Positions 7,675 to 17,330 of a DNA stretch of 52,370 nt are shown here, piece after piece. The stretch comes from Aequorivita sp. Lineage in GTDB: Bacteria > Bacteroidota > Bacteroidia > Flavobacteriales > Flavobacteriaceae. The stretch's first letter is position 1, and every line of letters begins with the position of its first letter. A program made the position numbers and the translations under genes. A model generated the notes under the pieces. That model had not been told where the DNA came from and did not search any database. It worked only from the letters and a program-made list of their open reading frames with translations. The stretch spans positions 1 through 52,370 of the forward strand of contig DATGMT010000081.1 in the NCBI GenBank assembly GCA_035307265.1, given 5' to 3'.

Positions 7675-8991
7675 TTATTGTTCCGCCGAAGCTTCAATAC
7701 CAATGTATAGATTTTGCAGTCCTCGAGGTTTTGCAGCTATTCTCTTTTCTACATTTAAAACATAAAAAGTAGGTGTTGCTTTTATATCGTATATTCTCGT
7801 TAATTCGGTTAGGGTATCACCTTTTGCTAAAACATGAATAAAATCGGGCAATTCTTTTGTTTTTTCTCTCCAAGTTTCTTCTTCTATTTCTAGCCCAATA
7901 GCAACTACTTTTATTTTATCTGAAGTTACTGTCTTCATCTTTTCGTGAAGTTCTGGAATGTGCTTTAAGCAATGAGAACACTCGGTGCTCCAAAAGGCGA
8001 GAATAAAAAACTCCGATCCCTCAAGGTCGTATAAGGATTTAGAATCATCGAAATCGGTTAAGGTAAAGTTTGGAGCTTTCTCTCCAATAGATAGACTTTT
8101 TACTAGTTGAAGTTTTTCGGAGAGCTCTTTGTCTTCAAGTGTGTTTGCTAGTGTTATAAGGTAGCGTAGTCCTAAATAATTAGCGGCGTTATTCCTGTTG
8201 TTGTTTAGTAAATCCTGCCAGAAACTTTCTAAAAGATGTTTTTGAAATTCAGGCGATGCATCTTTTATTGCTAAATGAATATCGTTTATCGCCGATTGAT
8301 AGTTAACACCACCTTTCATCGTAACGAACTCGTGATAATAATTCTTTATTTTCTCTAGTGGGAAAGAAGAACTTTGAAGTTGAGTGTTTTTAAAATCAAA
8401 ATTGTTAAAGTAGTTACTTTTTGTGCTAATTTCGTAAACTTCTTTGTTTATATAGTTGTCTGGAATAAAAGGTTTTAGCGATCTAATGAATGTAGATGCA
8501 TAAGTGTTTTTTGAGTCTTTTTCAGCTTTGGTTTGAACTTCCGTCTGTCGGGCTAATAAGGATTCAATTTCTTTAGTAGAGGAAGATCCTGAGGTTATCT
8601 TGGTGTTGATTTCTTGCTGAATTTCATTCATGTTCTCTAAATACTCTGTGAGAATCTTATTTTGCCCTCCACTGAAGACAACTCCTTTTTCTTCAGAAAA
8701 TGTGAAGTTGACATTCTCTTTATTGCTTAGAATTAGATCGAAAAAGTTCTCTTCTTCGGGTAAATTATAAACTAGCCTATAGCTTCCTTCTTCGAGATTA
8801 GAGTCTAAGTTAAGTTTAAACTCACCGTTGTCCAATATTGTGTCTAGTGCATAGGCTTTACCTGTGGGGGTTAGCTTGTAAAGTATAACGAAATTATAAT
8901 CGGTTGATGGAGATAATTTTCCGTTAAGCGAGTTCTGGCATGAGAGAATCCACGGACTAAGGATTAAAATTAAAAGTAACTTATTAAACAT
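7675..8991 (-). CDS. TlpA/redoxin-domain thiol-disulfide oxidoreductase, probable lipoprotein
   Basis: ILSC lipobox-like signal; C-terminal GEKAPNF...FWSTECSHC...ATPT thioredoxin fold. TAACTTTG -7 element at 9011-9018 (minus strand). Confidence 0.85.
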   Translation of the reverse strand: MFNKLLLILILSPWILSCQNSLNGKLSPSTDYNFVILYKLTPTGKAYALDTILDNGEFKLNLDSNLEEGSYRLVYNLPEEENFFDLILSNKENVNFTFSEEKGVVFSGGQNKILTEYLENMNEIQQEINTKITSGSSSTKEIESLLARQTEVQTKAEKDSKNTYASTFIRSLKPFIPDNYINKEVYEISTKSNYFNNFDFKNTQLQSSSFPLEKIKNYYHEFVTMKGGVNYQSAINDIHLAIKDASPEFQKHLLESFWQDLLNNNRNNAANYLGLRYLITLANTLEDKELSEKLQLVKSLSIGEKAPNFTLTDFDDSKSLYDLEGSEFFILAFWSTECSHCLKHIPELHEKMKTVTSDKIKVVAIGLEIEEETWREKTKELPDFIHVLAKGDTLTELTRIYDIKATPTFYVLNVEKRIAAKPRGLQNLYIGIEASAEQ

Positions 8992-9093
8992 TGAATGTGT
9001 TTTAAGCTTGCAAAGTTACCAATCTTTTAAATGTTAGTGAATATTGGTCAAGCCATCTCGGTTTGTAGTACAACTTAATTGTTGCTAGCAGAA

Positions 9094-12000
9094 TTACATT
9101 TTAAAAGGTTCTAAAGATTCAAGCGCTTTATTAATAGAAGTGACTCCTTCAAAAGTTAAAAGTAAACGCAATCCACTTCTAGTTTGCTTTTCTTTCATAG
9201 TAACTTCTCTTGGGTGATTTTGAACGTATTGCAGAACTTGGCTAAAGGCTGGGCTTTGATAGAATCCACTTTGTTGATCAGCTACAAAATAACCGACCAT
9301 CTTCTTTTTCTTCATCACTACACGTTCTAATCCCATAGAAATAGCAATCCATTTTATACGTACACTGTTTAGAAGGTTCTTGGCTGGCTTTGGTAGTTCT
9401 CCAAAACGGTCGAGAAGTTCATTTTCAAATACTTTAAGTTCTTCTTCGTTTTTAAGACTATTTAGTTTGGTGTATAGATTAAGTCTTTCTGTAATGTTGT
9501 TTACGTAATCATCGGGGAAAAGAAGCTCGAAATCTGTGTCGATAGTGGTTTCTTTAACGTAGTCTTTTTTAGGGCCTTCGGTTTCTTCATATAGGGTTTT
9601 GAATTCTTTTTCTTTCAATTCCTCTATGGCTTCCGATAGAATTTTTTGATACGTTTCGAATCCTATTTCATTAATAAATCCGCTTTGTTCTCCTCCCAAT
9701 AAATCTCCTGCACCACGAATTTCTAAATCTTTCATTGCAATATTGATTCCGCTTCCTAATTCAGAAAATTGCTCCAAAGCCGTAATTCTTTTTCTAGCTT
9801 CGTCTGTCATTGCAGAATATTCCGGCGTGATGAAATAACAGAAAGCTTTTTTATTGCTTCTTCCCACTCGACCACGCATTTGGTGCAAATCGGAAAGTCC
9901 AAAGTTGTTCGCATTATTGATGAAAATAGTATTCGCATTAGGCACGTCCAATCCACTTTCAATTATTGTTGTGGAAACAAGCACGTCAAACTCATTGTTC
10001 ATAAACCGAAGCATCACCTCCTCGAGTTTTTTTCCATCCATTTGTCCATGTCCAATTCCTACTTTTGCATCGGGAAGCAAACGTTGAATCAATCCAGCTA
10101 CTTCGGTAATATTTTCAATTCTGTTATGCACAAAGAAAACTTGTCCTCCCCTAGAAATTTCATAGCGAATGGCATCTCGAATAGTTTCTTCTGAAAAACG
10201 TACAACATGTGTTTCTACGGGATATCGGTTTGGTGGCGGAGTGGTTATAACCGATAAATCGCGAGCAGCCATCAAACTGAACTGTAAGGTTCTTGGAATG
10301 GGTGTGGCTGTTAATGTCAATGTATCCACATTTTCCTTGATGGTTTTTAATTTATCCTTTACGGCAACTCCAAATTTCTGTTCTTCATCAATAACAAGTA
10401 GGCCTAAATCTTTAAACTCAACGGCCTTATTAACTAATTGATGTGTCCCGATTACAATATCAAGCCGACCGTCTTTAAGGCTTTCAAGAACTTCTTTTCT
10501 CTCCTTCGCTGTTCTAAAACGGTTGAGATAATCCACCTTCACAGGCATTTCAGATAGTCGTTCTGAAAAAGTTTTATAATGTTGAAAAGCAAGAATTGTA
10601 GTTGGGACTAAAACAGCAACTTGTTTGCCGTTATCTACAGCCTTAAAAGCTGCGCGAATGGCAACTTCTGTTTTTCCGAAGCCAACGTCTCCACAAACCA
10701 ATCGATCCATGGGGCGCTCATTTTCCATGTCTTTTTTAACATCTTCGGTGGCAGTGCTTTGGTCGGGAGTGTCTTCATAAATAAATGAAGATTCTAACTC
10801 GGCTTGTAGATAGCTATCTGGAGAAAAAGCAAAACCTTTAAGAGTGCGACGTTTAGCGTAAAGTTCTATAAGATTAAAAGCAATTTCTTTTACACGAGTT
10901 TTGGTCTTTTGCTTCAGTTTTTTCCAAGTGTCGCTTCCTAGTTTATATATCTTAGGCTCTTTGCCATCCTTGCCGTTGTATTTTGAAATTTTATGAAGCG
11001 AATGGATGCTGACATATAAAATATCACGATCGCCATAGAAAAGTTTGATGGCTTCCTGCATTTTTCCTTCTACGTCAATTTTTTGAAGACCTCCGAACTT
11101 TCCGATTCCGTGATCAATATGCGTTACATAGTCACCAACTTCTAGATTGGTGATTTCTTTAATTGTAATCGCCTGTTTTTTTGCATATCCATTTTTGAGC
11201 GAAAATTTATGGTAACGCTCAAAAATCTGATGATCAGTATAACAAACTATTTTTAAATCATCATCGATAAAGCCTTGAAACAGCGGGAATACGATGGTTT
11301 CAAATTGTTTCACATGTTGATTGGAATCCTTAAATATATCTCGAAAACGTTTGGCTTGTTGTTCACTACTGCAGAAAATATAGTTTTTGTAGCCTTGCTC
11401 CGTGTTGTCGTTTAGGTTTTCAATTAGCAGATTAAATTGTCTGTTGAAGGAAGGTTGCGGTTTTGTTGAAAATGAAATCGAAATCGAATCTGATGTTGAA
11501 CTCGAAACCTCCTTTAAATTTCTATTGCCTTTAAGATTAAGTGATACTGTAGTAAAAGCTTTTAATTGCTTCTGAAGCATTTCTCCAGTGCAGAACAATT
11601 CCGACGGCTTTGCGCGTTTGATAATAGGATTTAGGGCATCAAAAGCTTCAGTAGCCTTTTTATAAAGAGTGTCAATTGCACTAAAGAAGAAATCTTTATT
11701 TTTTAGAAAAACTACAGTTTTTGATGCAATATACTTCAGAAATGACTCGCGGCTTTCATCTATTATTTTATTCTCGATATTTGGAATAATCGAAATCTTT
11801 TTCTTTTGTTCAAGAGAGAGCTGTGTTTCAACGTCGAAAGTTCGAATACTATCTACTTCATCACCAAAAAACTCTATCCTATAAGGTTCGTCATTGCTAA
11901 AACTAAACACGTCTAAAATTCCACCACGCACAGAAAACTCTCCTGGCTCCGTGACAAAGTCGGTTCGTTTGAAGCGATATTCAAACAGAATTTCATTTAC

Positions 12001-12510
12001 AAAGTCGATAGAAAGTTGATCATTGACTGCAATCTTTAAGGTGTTTCGTTCCAATTCCCTTCTAGTAACCACTTTTTCAAAAAGGGCCTCAGGGTACGTT
12101 ACGATGAGGGCTGGTTTTTTACGGGAATTGATTCTGTTTAAAACCTCACTTCTTAGTAGGATATTAGCGTTATCGGTTTCTTCCAGCTGATAAGGTCTTC
12201 GGTAACTCCCTGGATAAAACAATACATGCTGATCACCCAATAGATTTTCCAAATCGTTTAGGTGATAGGCGGCTTCTTCCTTGTCGTTTAGAATTAAAAG
12301 AAAAGGAAGTTCTGCACCTTCTGATACTGGACGAAAAGCTTCTGCCAAAACCATGGAAAGCGAAGATCCAATAAGGCCTGAAACAGCTATTGTTTGGTCG
12401 AAAGCTCCAGAGGTTTGAGGATAGGTTTCTTTAAAATTGACAATAGTTTCCCGCAGTTTCCTGGTTTTTGGAGACTGGGAATAAAGTGAATTAGCGAATT
12501 TTTTATGCAT
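9094..12510 (-). CDS. mfd: Transcription-repair coupling factor
   Basis: UvrB-homology region, CarD/RID (HIDHGIGKF), GDVGFGKT, DEEQ, TATPIPRT, QMRGRVGR, TRG motif DLEIRGAG. Confidence 0.98.
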   Translation of the reverse strand: MHKKFANSLYSQSPKTRKLRETIVNFKETYPQTSGAFDQTIAVSGLIGSSLSMVLAEAFRPVSEGAELPFLLILNDKEEAAYHLNDLENLLGDQHVLFYPGSYRRPYQLEETDNANILLRSEVLNRINSRKKPALIVTYPEALFEKVVTRRELERNTLKIAVNDQLSIDFVNEILFEYRFKRTDFVTEPGEFSVRGGILDVFSFSNDEPYRIEFFGDEVDSIRTFDVETQLSLEQKKKISIIPNIENKIIDESRESFLKYIASKTVVFLKNKDFFFSAIDTLYKKATEAFDALNPIIKRAKPSELFCTGEMLQKQLKAFTTVSLNLKGNRNLKEVSSSTSDSISISFSTKPQPSFNRQFNLLIENLNDNTEQGYKNYIFCSSEQQAKRFRDIFKDSNQHVKQFETIVFPLFQGFIDDDLKIVCYTDHQIFERYHKFSLKNGYAKKQAITIKEITNLEVGDYVTHIDHGIGKFGGLQKIDVEGKMQEAIKLFYGDRDILYVSIHSLHKISKYNGKDGKEPKIYKLGSDTWKKLKQKTKTRVKEIAFNLIELYAKRRTLKGFAFSPDSYLQAELESSFIYEDTPDQSTATEDVKKDMENERPMDRLVCGDVGFGKTEVAIRAAFKAVDNGKQVAVLVPTTILAFQHYKTFSERLSEMPVKVDYLNRFRTAKERKEVLESLKDGRLDIVIGTHQLVNKAVEFKDLGLLVIDEEQKFGVAVKDKLKTIKENVDTLTLTATPIPRTLQFSLMAARDLSVITTPPPNRYPVETHVVRFSEETIRDAIRYEISRGGQVFFVHNRIENITEVAGLIQRLLPDAKVGIGHGQMDGKKLEEVMLRFMNNEFDVLVSTTIIESGLDVPNANTIFINNANNFGLSDLHQMRGRVGRSNKKAFCYFITPEYSAMTDEARKRITALEQFSELGSGINIAMKDLEIRGAGDLLGGEQSGFINEIGFETYQKILSEAIEELKEKEFKTLYEETEGPKKDYVKETTIDTDFELLFPDDYVNNITERLNLYTKLNSLKNEEELKVFENELLDRFGELPKPAKNLLNSVRIKWIAISMGLERVVMKKKKMVGYFVADQQSGFYQSPAFSQVLQYVQNHPREVTMKEKQTRSGLRLLLTFEGVTSINKALESLEPFKM

Positions 12511-12751
12511 CGAATGGCAAATTTACTTCAAACCTTAGACGTCTCAAAGTCCTGTTAGCTTTTTAATTTCAACTTTATCATTTTGCTAACATACTTCGGC
12601 TAAAGGAATTGGTATTTTTAAAATAAAACTAAGAAATTTATCGATTCTATATGCTTCTACAAGGTCTTCAATATCTTATAGGTTTATAGCTAAGAGTTTC
12701 TTATAGGAAGTTTAATAATTTAAAGAGATACACGCCTTTGCGGCAAATATT

Positions 12752-14104
12752 ATGGCAATAAAAGAATTTGATGTTTTTGTAATAGGATCCGGCACAGCGG
12801 GAAAGATAGTAGCTTATGATTGTGTTAGTGAAGGAATGTCTGTTGCTATTGCCGATAATAGGGAATTTGGTGGAACTTGCGCCAACCGAGGGTGTGATCC
12901 AAAAAAAGTGTTGGTGGGAATTACCGAGGCTTTTCAGCTTTCGAGGAATTTGAAAGGAAAAGGAATTGTAAAAGCCCCAATAATTGACTGGCAGGCATTC
13001 CAAAAATATAAGTCGACATTCACTGATGCCGTTCCTGCAGCCACAGAAAAAGATCTGAAAAAGGCAGGGGTCATGTTGTATCATCAACCTCCAAAATTTT
13101 TGGATAAGAATACACTTTCGGTAGAAGGTAAAACTGTGAAGGCTAAGAAGATTGTAATTGCAACAGGATCAAAGCCTTTAGATTTAAGAATTCCTGGTCG
13201 GGAGCATTTAAAAGTGAGTGATGACTTCTTTGAGTTGGAAGAATTACCGCAGAATATTGTTTTTGTAGGAGCAGGATATATCGGAATGGAATTCGCTCAT
13301 ATCGCTGCTCGTTGCGGGTCTAAAGTAACTATTATTGAAGCGGGAAGTCGACCTCTTGAAGGTTTTGAAGAAAACATTGTCTCTCATCTCACGATAGCTT
13401 CAAAGAAGCTAGGGATTGAATTTATTTTCAAAGCTCGAGTTTCCGAAGTAGAGAAGCTTCAGAAGAATTATAGGGTTTCCTATCAGAAAAACGGAAAAAT
13501 TGAATCTGTAACGGCAAGAATTGTTTTTAACACGGCCGGAAGAGTCCCGTCTATCGACAATTTGGATTTAGAGAATGGGAAAATTGATGTCGATAAAAAA
13601 GGAGTTTCTGTTAATGAGTATCTCCAAAGTCCAACAAATTCTTCGGTATATGCTTGTGGTGATGTTTCTGCAAGTGGCTCTTTGCCTTTGACGCCCACAT
13701 CCTCTCAAGAAGGAAGAATAGTTTCTTTAAATATTCGGAAAGGAAACCATGCTAAAATGGATTTTCCGGCAGTTCCTTCGGTAGTTTTCACGATCCCTCA
13801 ACTCGCAACTATCGGGTTGACAGAAGAGGAAGCTAAGGAACAAGGCTATGATTATGTGGTAGAGTATAAAAATGTTCCGGAATGGTTTAACGCAAAGCGT
13901 ATCAATGACGACGTATATGCCTATAAAACCATAGTCGATAGAAACAGCCATGTCATTTTAGGTGCTCATATTATTGCATCGGAAGCGGGAGAAATGATAA
14001 ATCTTTTCTCTTTGGCAATGTGTGGAAAATTCACAACCAGTGATCTTAAAGCGATGATTTTTGCGTATCCTACTTGGGGGAATGATATCAAAGGTATGGT
14101 ATAA
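12752..14104 (+). CDS. Class I pyridine nucleotide-disulfide oxidoreductase (glutathione reductase-like)
   Basis: GSGTAG FAD motif, GGTCANRGCDPKK redox disulfide, GAGYIGMEFA NAD(P) motif, YACGD, C-terminal dimerisation domain. Confidence 0.88.
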   Translation: MAIKEFDVFVIGSGTAGKIVAYDCVSEGMSVAIADNREFGGTCANRGCDPKKVLVGITEAFQLSRNLKGKGIVKAPIIDWQAFQKYKSTFTDAVPAATEKDLKKAGVMLYHQPPKFLDKNTLSVEGKTVKAKKIVIATGSKPLDLRIPGREHLKVSDDFFELEELPQNIVFVGAGYIGMEFAHIAARCGSKVTIIEAGSRPLEGFEENIVSHLTIASKKLGIEFIFKARVSEVEKLQKNYRVSYQKNGKIESVTARIVFNTAGRVPSIDNLDLENGKIDVDKKGVSVNEYLQSPTNSSVYACGDVSASGSLPLTPTSSQEGRIVSLNIRKGNHAKMDFPAVPSVVFTIPQLATIGLTEEEAKEQGYDYVVEYKNVPEWFNAKRINDDVYAYKTIVDRNSHVILGAHIIASEAGEMINLFSLAMCGKFTTSDLKAMIFAYPTWGNDIKGMV

Positions 14105-14210
14105 CTACCCGCGAAGGTGGGTATCTCCAAAATGAGACCTCCTAGTAAGCGTAAGTTAATTCAGACGCCTATAAGGTTTAGAAAACCATGTAGAAAGGGT
14201 TTCAGTAATC

Positions 14211-15017
14211 TTAAGTCTTACGTTTATTTTGAAACTCCTTAAGTTTTACTCCTGGATTAGTAACGCGATTTTTAAATGCGTGGTAACTGCTGCTAATAAT
14301 CAAAACAATCGCCACTGCCAGTGCTGAATTGGCCACGGTTGGACTAGCCTCCCAATTCGCTACGCAAATAGCAATCAAGGCCCACGCACCGACTAGGGAA
14401 AATTCACGCATATTTCTCTGCCAAGTAACGGCTAGATTTATTACTCCTGCAATAATTATCATTGTCACCGCCCATGAACTTTCGCTATAGCCCCAAGCAT
14501 CCCAATCTATACTTGTTAAATAGGCCGAAACATTTGCAATACTTGCAACAGTTATCCATCCGCTATAAAATACGAACGGCCACCAAAGGAATGCAATTAC
14601 GGGAATAGGTGCATCCCAAAGCTCCATTTGGTTTTTCATTACAATTTTTAATAAGGCAAAAAGCAAAACAAAAATGGCAAGGATGGAAAACTCCATAAAC
14701 CCATAGACCCAGAAAATAACCCACATGATATTGGCAAAGCAAGAAAGTACAAACCACCATCCTGATTTCAGAATAAATTCATCATCTCGAACGGGTTTAA
14801 AGAGACTTCTACTTTGATAGACTATAAATCCTAGAAGCAATAAATAAATAAAACCCCAAATTGAAAAGGCGTAAGCAGCAGGTGTAAACAGATTTGGGTT
14901 TGAATTTGAAACATCAGCAATTGAAGTGCTATTAAGTTTTCCTACACCACCAAGGGCATTAACAGCTATTACAAGAATAAAGCCAACTATATTTCCAATT
15001 TGCAGTGTTTTTTTCAT
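14211..15017 (-). CDS. Tryptophan-rich sensory protein (TspO/MBR-like) membrane protein
   Basis: FTPAAYAFSIWGFIY motif, multiple Trp-rich TM helices, YSGWITVASIAN. Confidence 0.75.
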   Translation of the reverse strand: MKKTLQIGNIVGFILVIAVNALGGVGKLNSTSIADVSNSNPNLFTPAAYAFSIWGFIYLLLLGFIVYQSRSLFKPVRDDEFILKSGWWFVLSCFANIMWVIFWVYGFMEFSILAIFVLLFALLKIVMKNQMELWDAPIPVIAFLWWPFVFYSGWITVASIANVSAYLTSIDWDAWGYSESSWAVTMIIIAGVINLAVTWQRNMREFSLVGAWALIAICVANWEASPTVANSALAVAIVLIISSSYHAFKNRVTNPGVKLKEFQNKRKT

Positions 15018-15303
15018 TGTGAATTAGCTTTGTTTTGAGATGAGAGTCGCTTCGGTTATAGTTAGTAAAGTTACTGAAAGCAATTTATATAAGCTTGAAC
15101 TATAAATATTTAATGCTTCTAGGGTTAGCGTTTATCACTCAATGTTCTTTATAATTTGATTTTGGTGTAGAAATCTAACAGAGTGGACTATAAAATTTCT
15201 ATAAGGATAATAGGTTTTGTGTTTAAGTTAGAAATTAGAGATGTTTTATGCTCGTATTTCTCGTTTACAAATTCTATATTTGTTGTCTATTTAAAATCAA
15301 AAT

Positions 15304-15732
15304 ATGTCATTTACAGATTTGTTTGAAAGTGGGGAGCGTTCCCGAAATGTTGGGCATTTTGCTTCCATTGCCAATATGGCTACCATTAATGGTAAAATTG
15401 GAATTGAAGAAGAAAAACTACTTAAGCGATTTGCAACTAAGTTGAATATTGGTGAAGATGAATATGAGAAAATATTAAAAAACCCAACAGCTTACCCTAT
15501 TAGTCCTCCAAACTCATCAGAGCGAAGGTTAGAGCGTATGCATGATCTTTTTAAAATTATTTTTGCTGATCATGTTATCGATGACCAAGAACGTGTACTT
15601 ATTGAAAAGTATGCAATTGGACTTGGCTACTCAGAAGCTCAAGCACAAGAGTTGATAAAGAAAACCATTGATATTTACACGGGAGGACTAAGTTTCGACG
15701 ACTATCGATACTTGCTGAATCGAGAAAAATAA
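15304..15732 (+). CDS. TerB family (tellurite resistance-like) protein
   Basis: Two TerB-like repeats (MATINGKIGIEEEKLL; IFADHVIDDQERVLI..YAIGLG). TATATTTG -7 element at 15275-15282. Confidence 0.8.
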   Translation: MSFTDLFESGERSRNVGHFASIANMATINGKIGIEEEKLLKRFATKLNIGEDEYEKILKNPTAYPISPPNSSERRLERMHDLFKIIFADHVIDDQERVLIEKYAIGLGYSEAQAQELIKKTIDIYTGGLSFDDYRYLLNREK

Positions 15733-15755
15733 GATTTGAGTTATATTGAATTTAT

Positions 15756-15784
15756 AAAGCCGAGAATTTTTCCTCGGCTTTTTT
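15756..15784 (+). terminator. Intrinsic terminator after terB-like gene
   Basis: AAAGCCGAG / CTCGGCTTT stem plus T-run. Confidence 0.8.
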
Positions 15785-15858
15785 CATTATTTGCAAGTTG
15801 AAAAATTATTGACTTGACTTTTGAAAATAGTATCTTGCCAATCAAAATTTATAGAATT

Positions 15859-17196
15859 ATGATGCAATGGGAACAATTGCTTTCGTTAAGTAAGCAAGGA
15901 GATAACAAAAAACGTTTGCGAAAAGAAGAGAACGAAACTCGACTGGGTTTTGAGGTTGATTATGATAGAGTGATTTTTTCCTCTGCATTTCGTAGTCTTC
16001 AAGATAAAACCCAGGTTATTCCATTGTCTCAAACGTCTTTTGTCCATACAAGACTTACACATAGTCTTGAAGTTTCAGTAGTTGGAAGGTCATTAGGCCG
16101 TATGGTTGGAAAATCTATACTTAAAAAGTATCCAGAATTAGAAACGGTTCACGGATATCATTTTAATGACTTTGGAGCAATCGTAGCTGCAGCCTCCTTA
16201 GCGCATGATATTGGAAACCCACCTTTTGGCCATAGTGGAGAAAAAGCAATTGGCGACTATTTCTTAAACGGAAATGGTCAGCGCTTTAAAGAGCACCTAA
16301 ACCAAAAGGAATATCAAGATTTAATTGATTTTGAAGGAAATGCAAATGGCTTTAAAATCATGACCGAATCTAAAGATGGGCTTGAAGGAGGACTGCGGTT
16401 AACCTATGCCACCTTAGGCGCTTTCATGAAATACCCAAAACAATCACTTCCCAAAAAACCAACTACACACGTTTCGGATAAAAAATTTGGCGTTTTCCAA
16501 AGTGAATCGGAATTCTTTAGTGAAGTTGCAACAGACTTAGGACTCATTCCGCGAGATTATGACGGCGGATGGTCTCGTCATCCACTTTCATATTTGGTTG
16601 AAGCAGCAGACGATATATGCTACACCATTATCGATTTTGAAGATGGTATTAATCTTGGGTTGATAGAGGAAGAAATGGCTTTAGAATATTTGCTCAACCT
16701 CGTTCGAGATAATTTGAGAAAAGATGTTTATTCTAAATTAGAGACTTCTCAAAATAGAATTGCCTACTTAAGATCATTAGCAATCAGCACTCTAATTTCT
16801 GAAGCAGCTCAAATTTTTATAGACAATGAAGAAACAATCTTAAAAGGAAACTTCTCGAAATCTCTTTTAGATAATAGCAAGTATGAAGCACAAGTTTCTG
16901 ACATAATTAAAATTAGTGTTGAGAAAATATATCAAAGTACAGAAGTTAGAGAAAAAGAGATAGCAGGCTATAATATTCTTGCAACTTTGTTAGAAGCATT
17001 TACCACAGCTTTTGAAAACTACCATAATGGAAGGGCAAGACAGTATGATTTACTGCTGTTAAGGACCATATCTTGTAAGGTTTCGAGTTTTAATTCGACT
17101 TATGAGTATCTAATGGAATGCTGTAGTTATATTTCTAGACTAACGGATGGAAGTGCGGTTCAAATCTTTCAAAAAATAAGAGGAAATCTTAAATAG
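15859..17196 (+). CDS. dgt: Deoxyguanosinetriphosphate triphosphohydrolase (HD domain); ATG at 15859 or 15862 preferred over TTG 15814
   Basis: FRSLQDKTQV, TRLTHSLEV, AHDIGNPPFGHSGE, EGNA, EAADDICY motifs. Confidence 0.93.
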   Translation: MMQWEQLLSLSKQGDNKKRLRKEENETRLGFEVDYDRVIFSSAFRSLQDKTQVIPLSQTSFVHTRLTHSLEVSVVGRSLGRMVGKSILKKYPELETVHGYHFNDFGAIVAAASLAHDIGNPPFGHSGEKAIGDYFLNGNGQRFKEHLNQKEYQDLIDFEGNANGFKIMTESKDGLEGGLRLTYATLGAFMKYPKQSLPKKPTTHVSDKKFGVFQSESEFFSEVATDLGLIPRDYDGGWSRHPLSYLVEAADDICYTIIDFEDGINLGLIEEEMALEYLLNLVRDNLRKDVYSKLETSQNRIAYLRSLAISTLISEAAQIFIDNEETILKGNFSKSLLDNSKYEAQVSDIIKISVEKIYQSTEVREKEIAGYNILATLLEAFTTAFENYHNGRARQYDLLLLRTISCKVSSFNSTYEYLMECCSYISRLTDGSAVQIFQKIRGNLK

Positions 17197-17330
17197 AGAA
17201 TGTTAAAAGTTAAAATTACAAGGGGTATGTGACCTCTTTTAGATATTTTTAGCGATTCGACATTGAAATCATTTGTAATATAGAGCAAATTCTAATCACT
17301 TGACTCAGTAAAACTTAATTTAAAAATTAA

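Noticed and set aside
11470-11520. GAAATC-like repeats giving a Ser-rich linker in Mfd, as a possible in-frame repeat insertion
   Set aside because: No palindrome or match to other repeats in the window; consistent with a variable linker.
9769-11884. Several plus-strand ORFs inside mfd
   Set aside because: Antisense shadows of a conserved gene.
12701-13951. Minus-strand ORFs overlapping the oxidoreductase
   Set aside because: Antisense to a well-supported CDS.
15248-15445. 65-aa alternative-frame ORF overlapping the terB-like gene
   Set aside because: Out-of-frame overlap that spans the terB promoter element; no motif.
15814-15858. N-terminal extension of dGTPase from TTG
   Set aside because: Tandem ATGs at 15859/15862 give a more typical 'MQWEQLLS' start.
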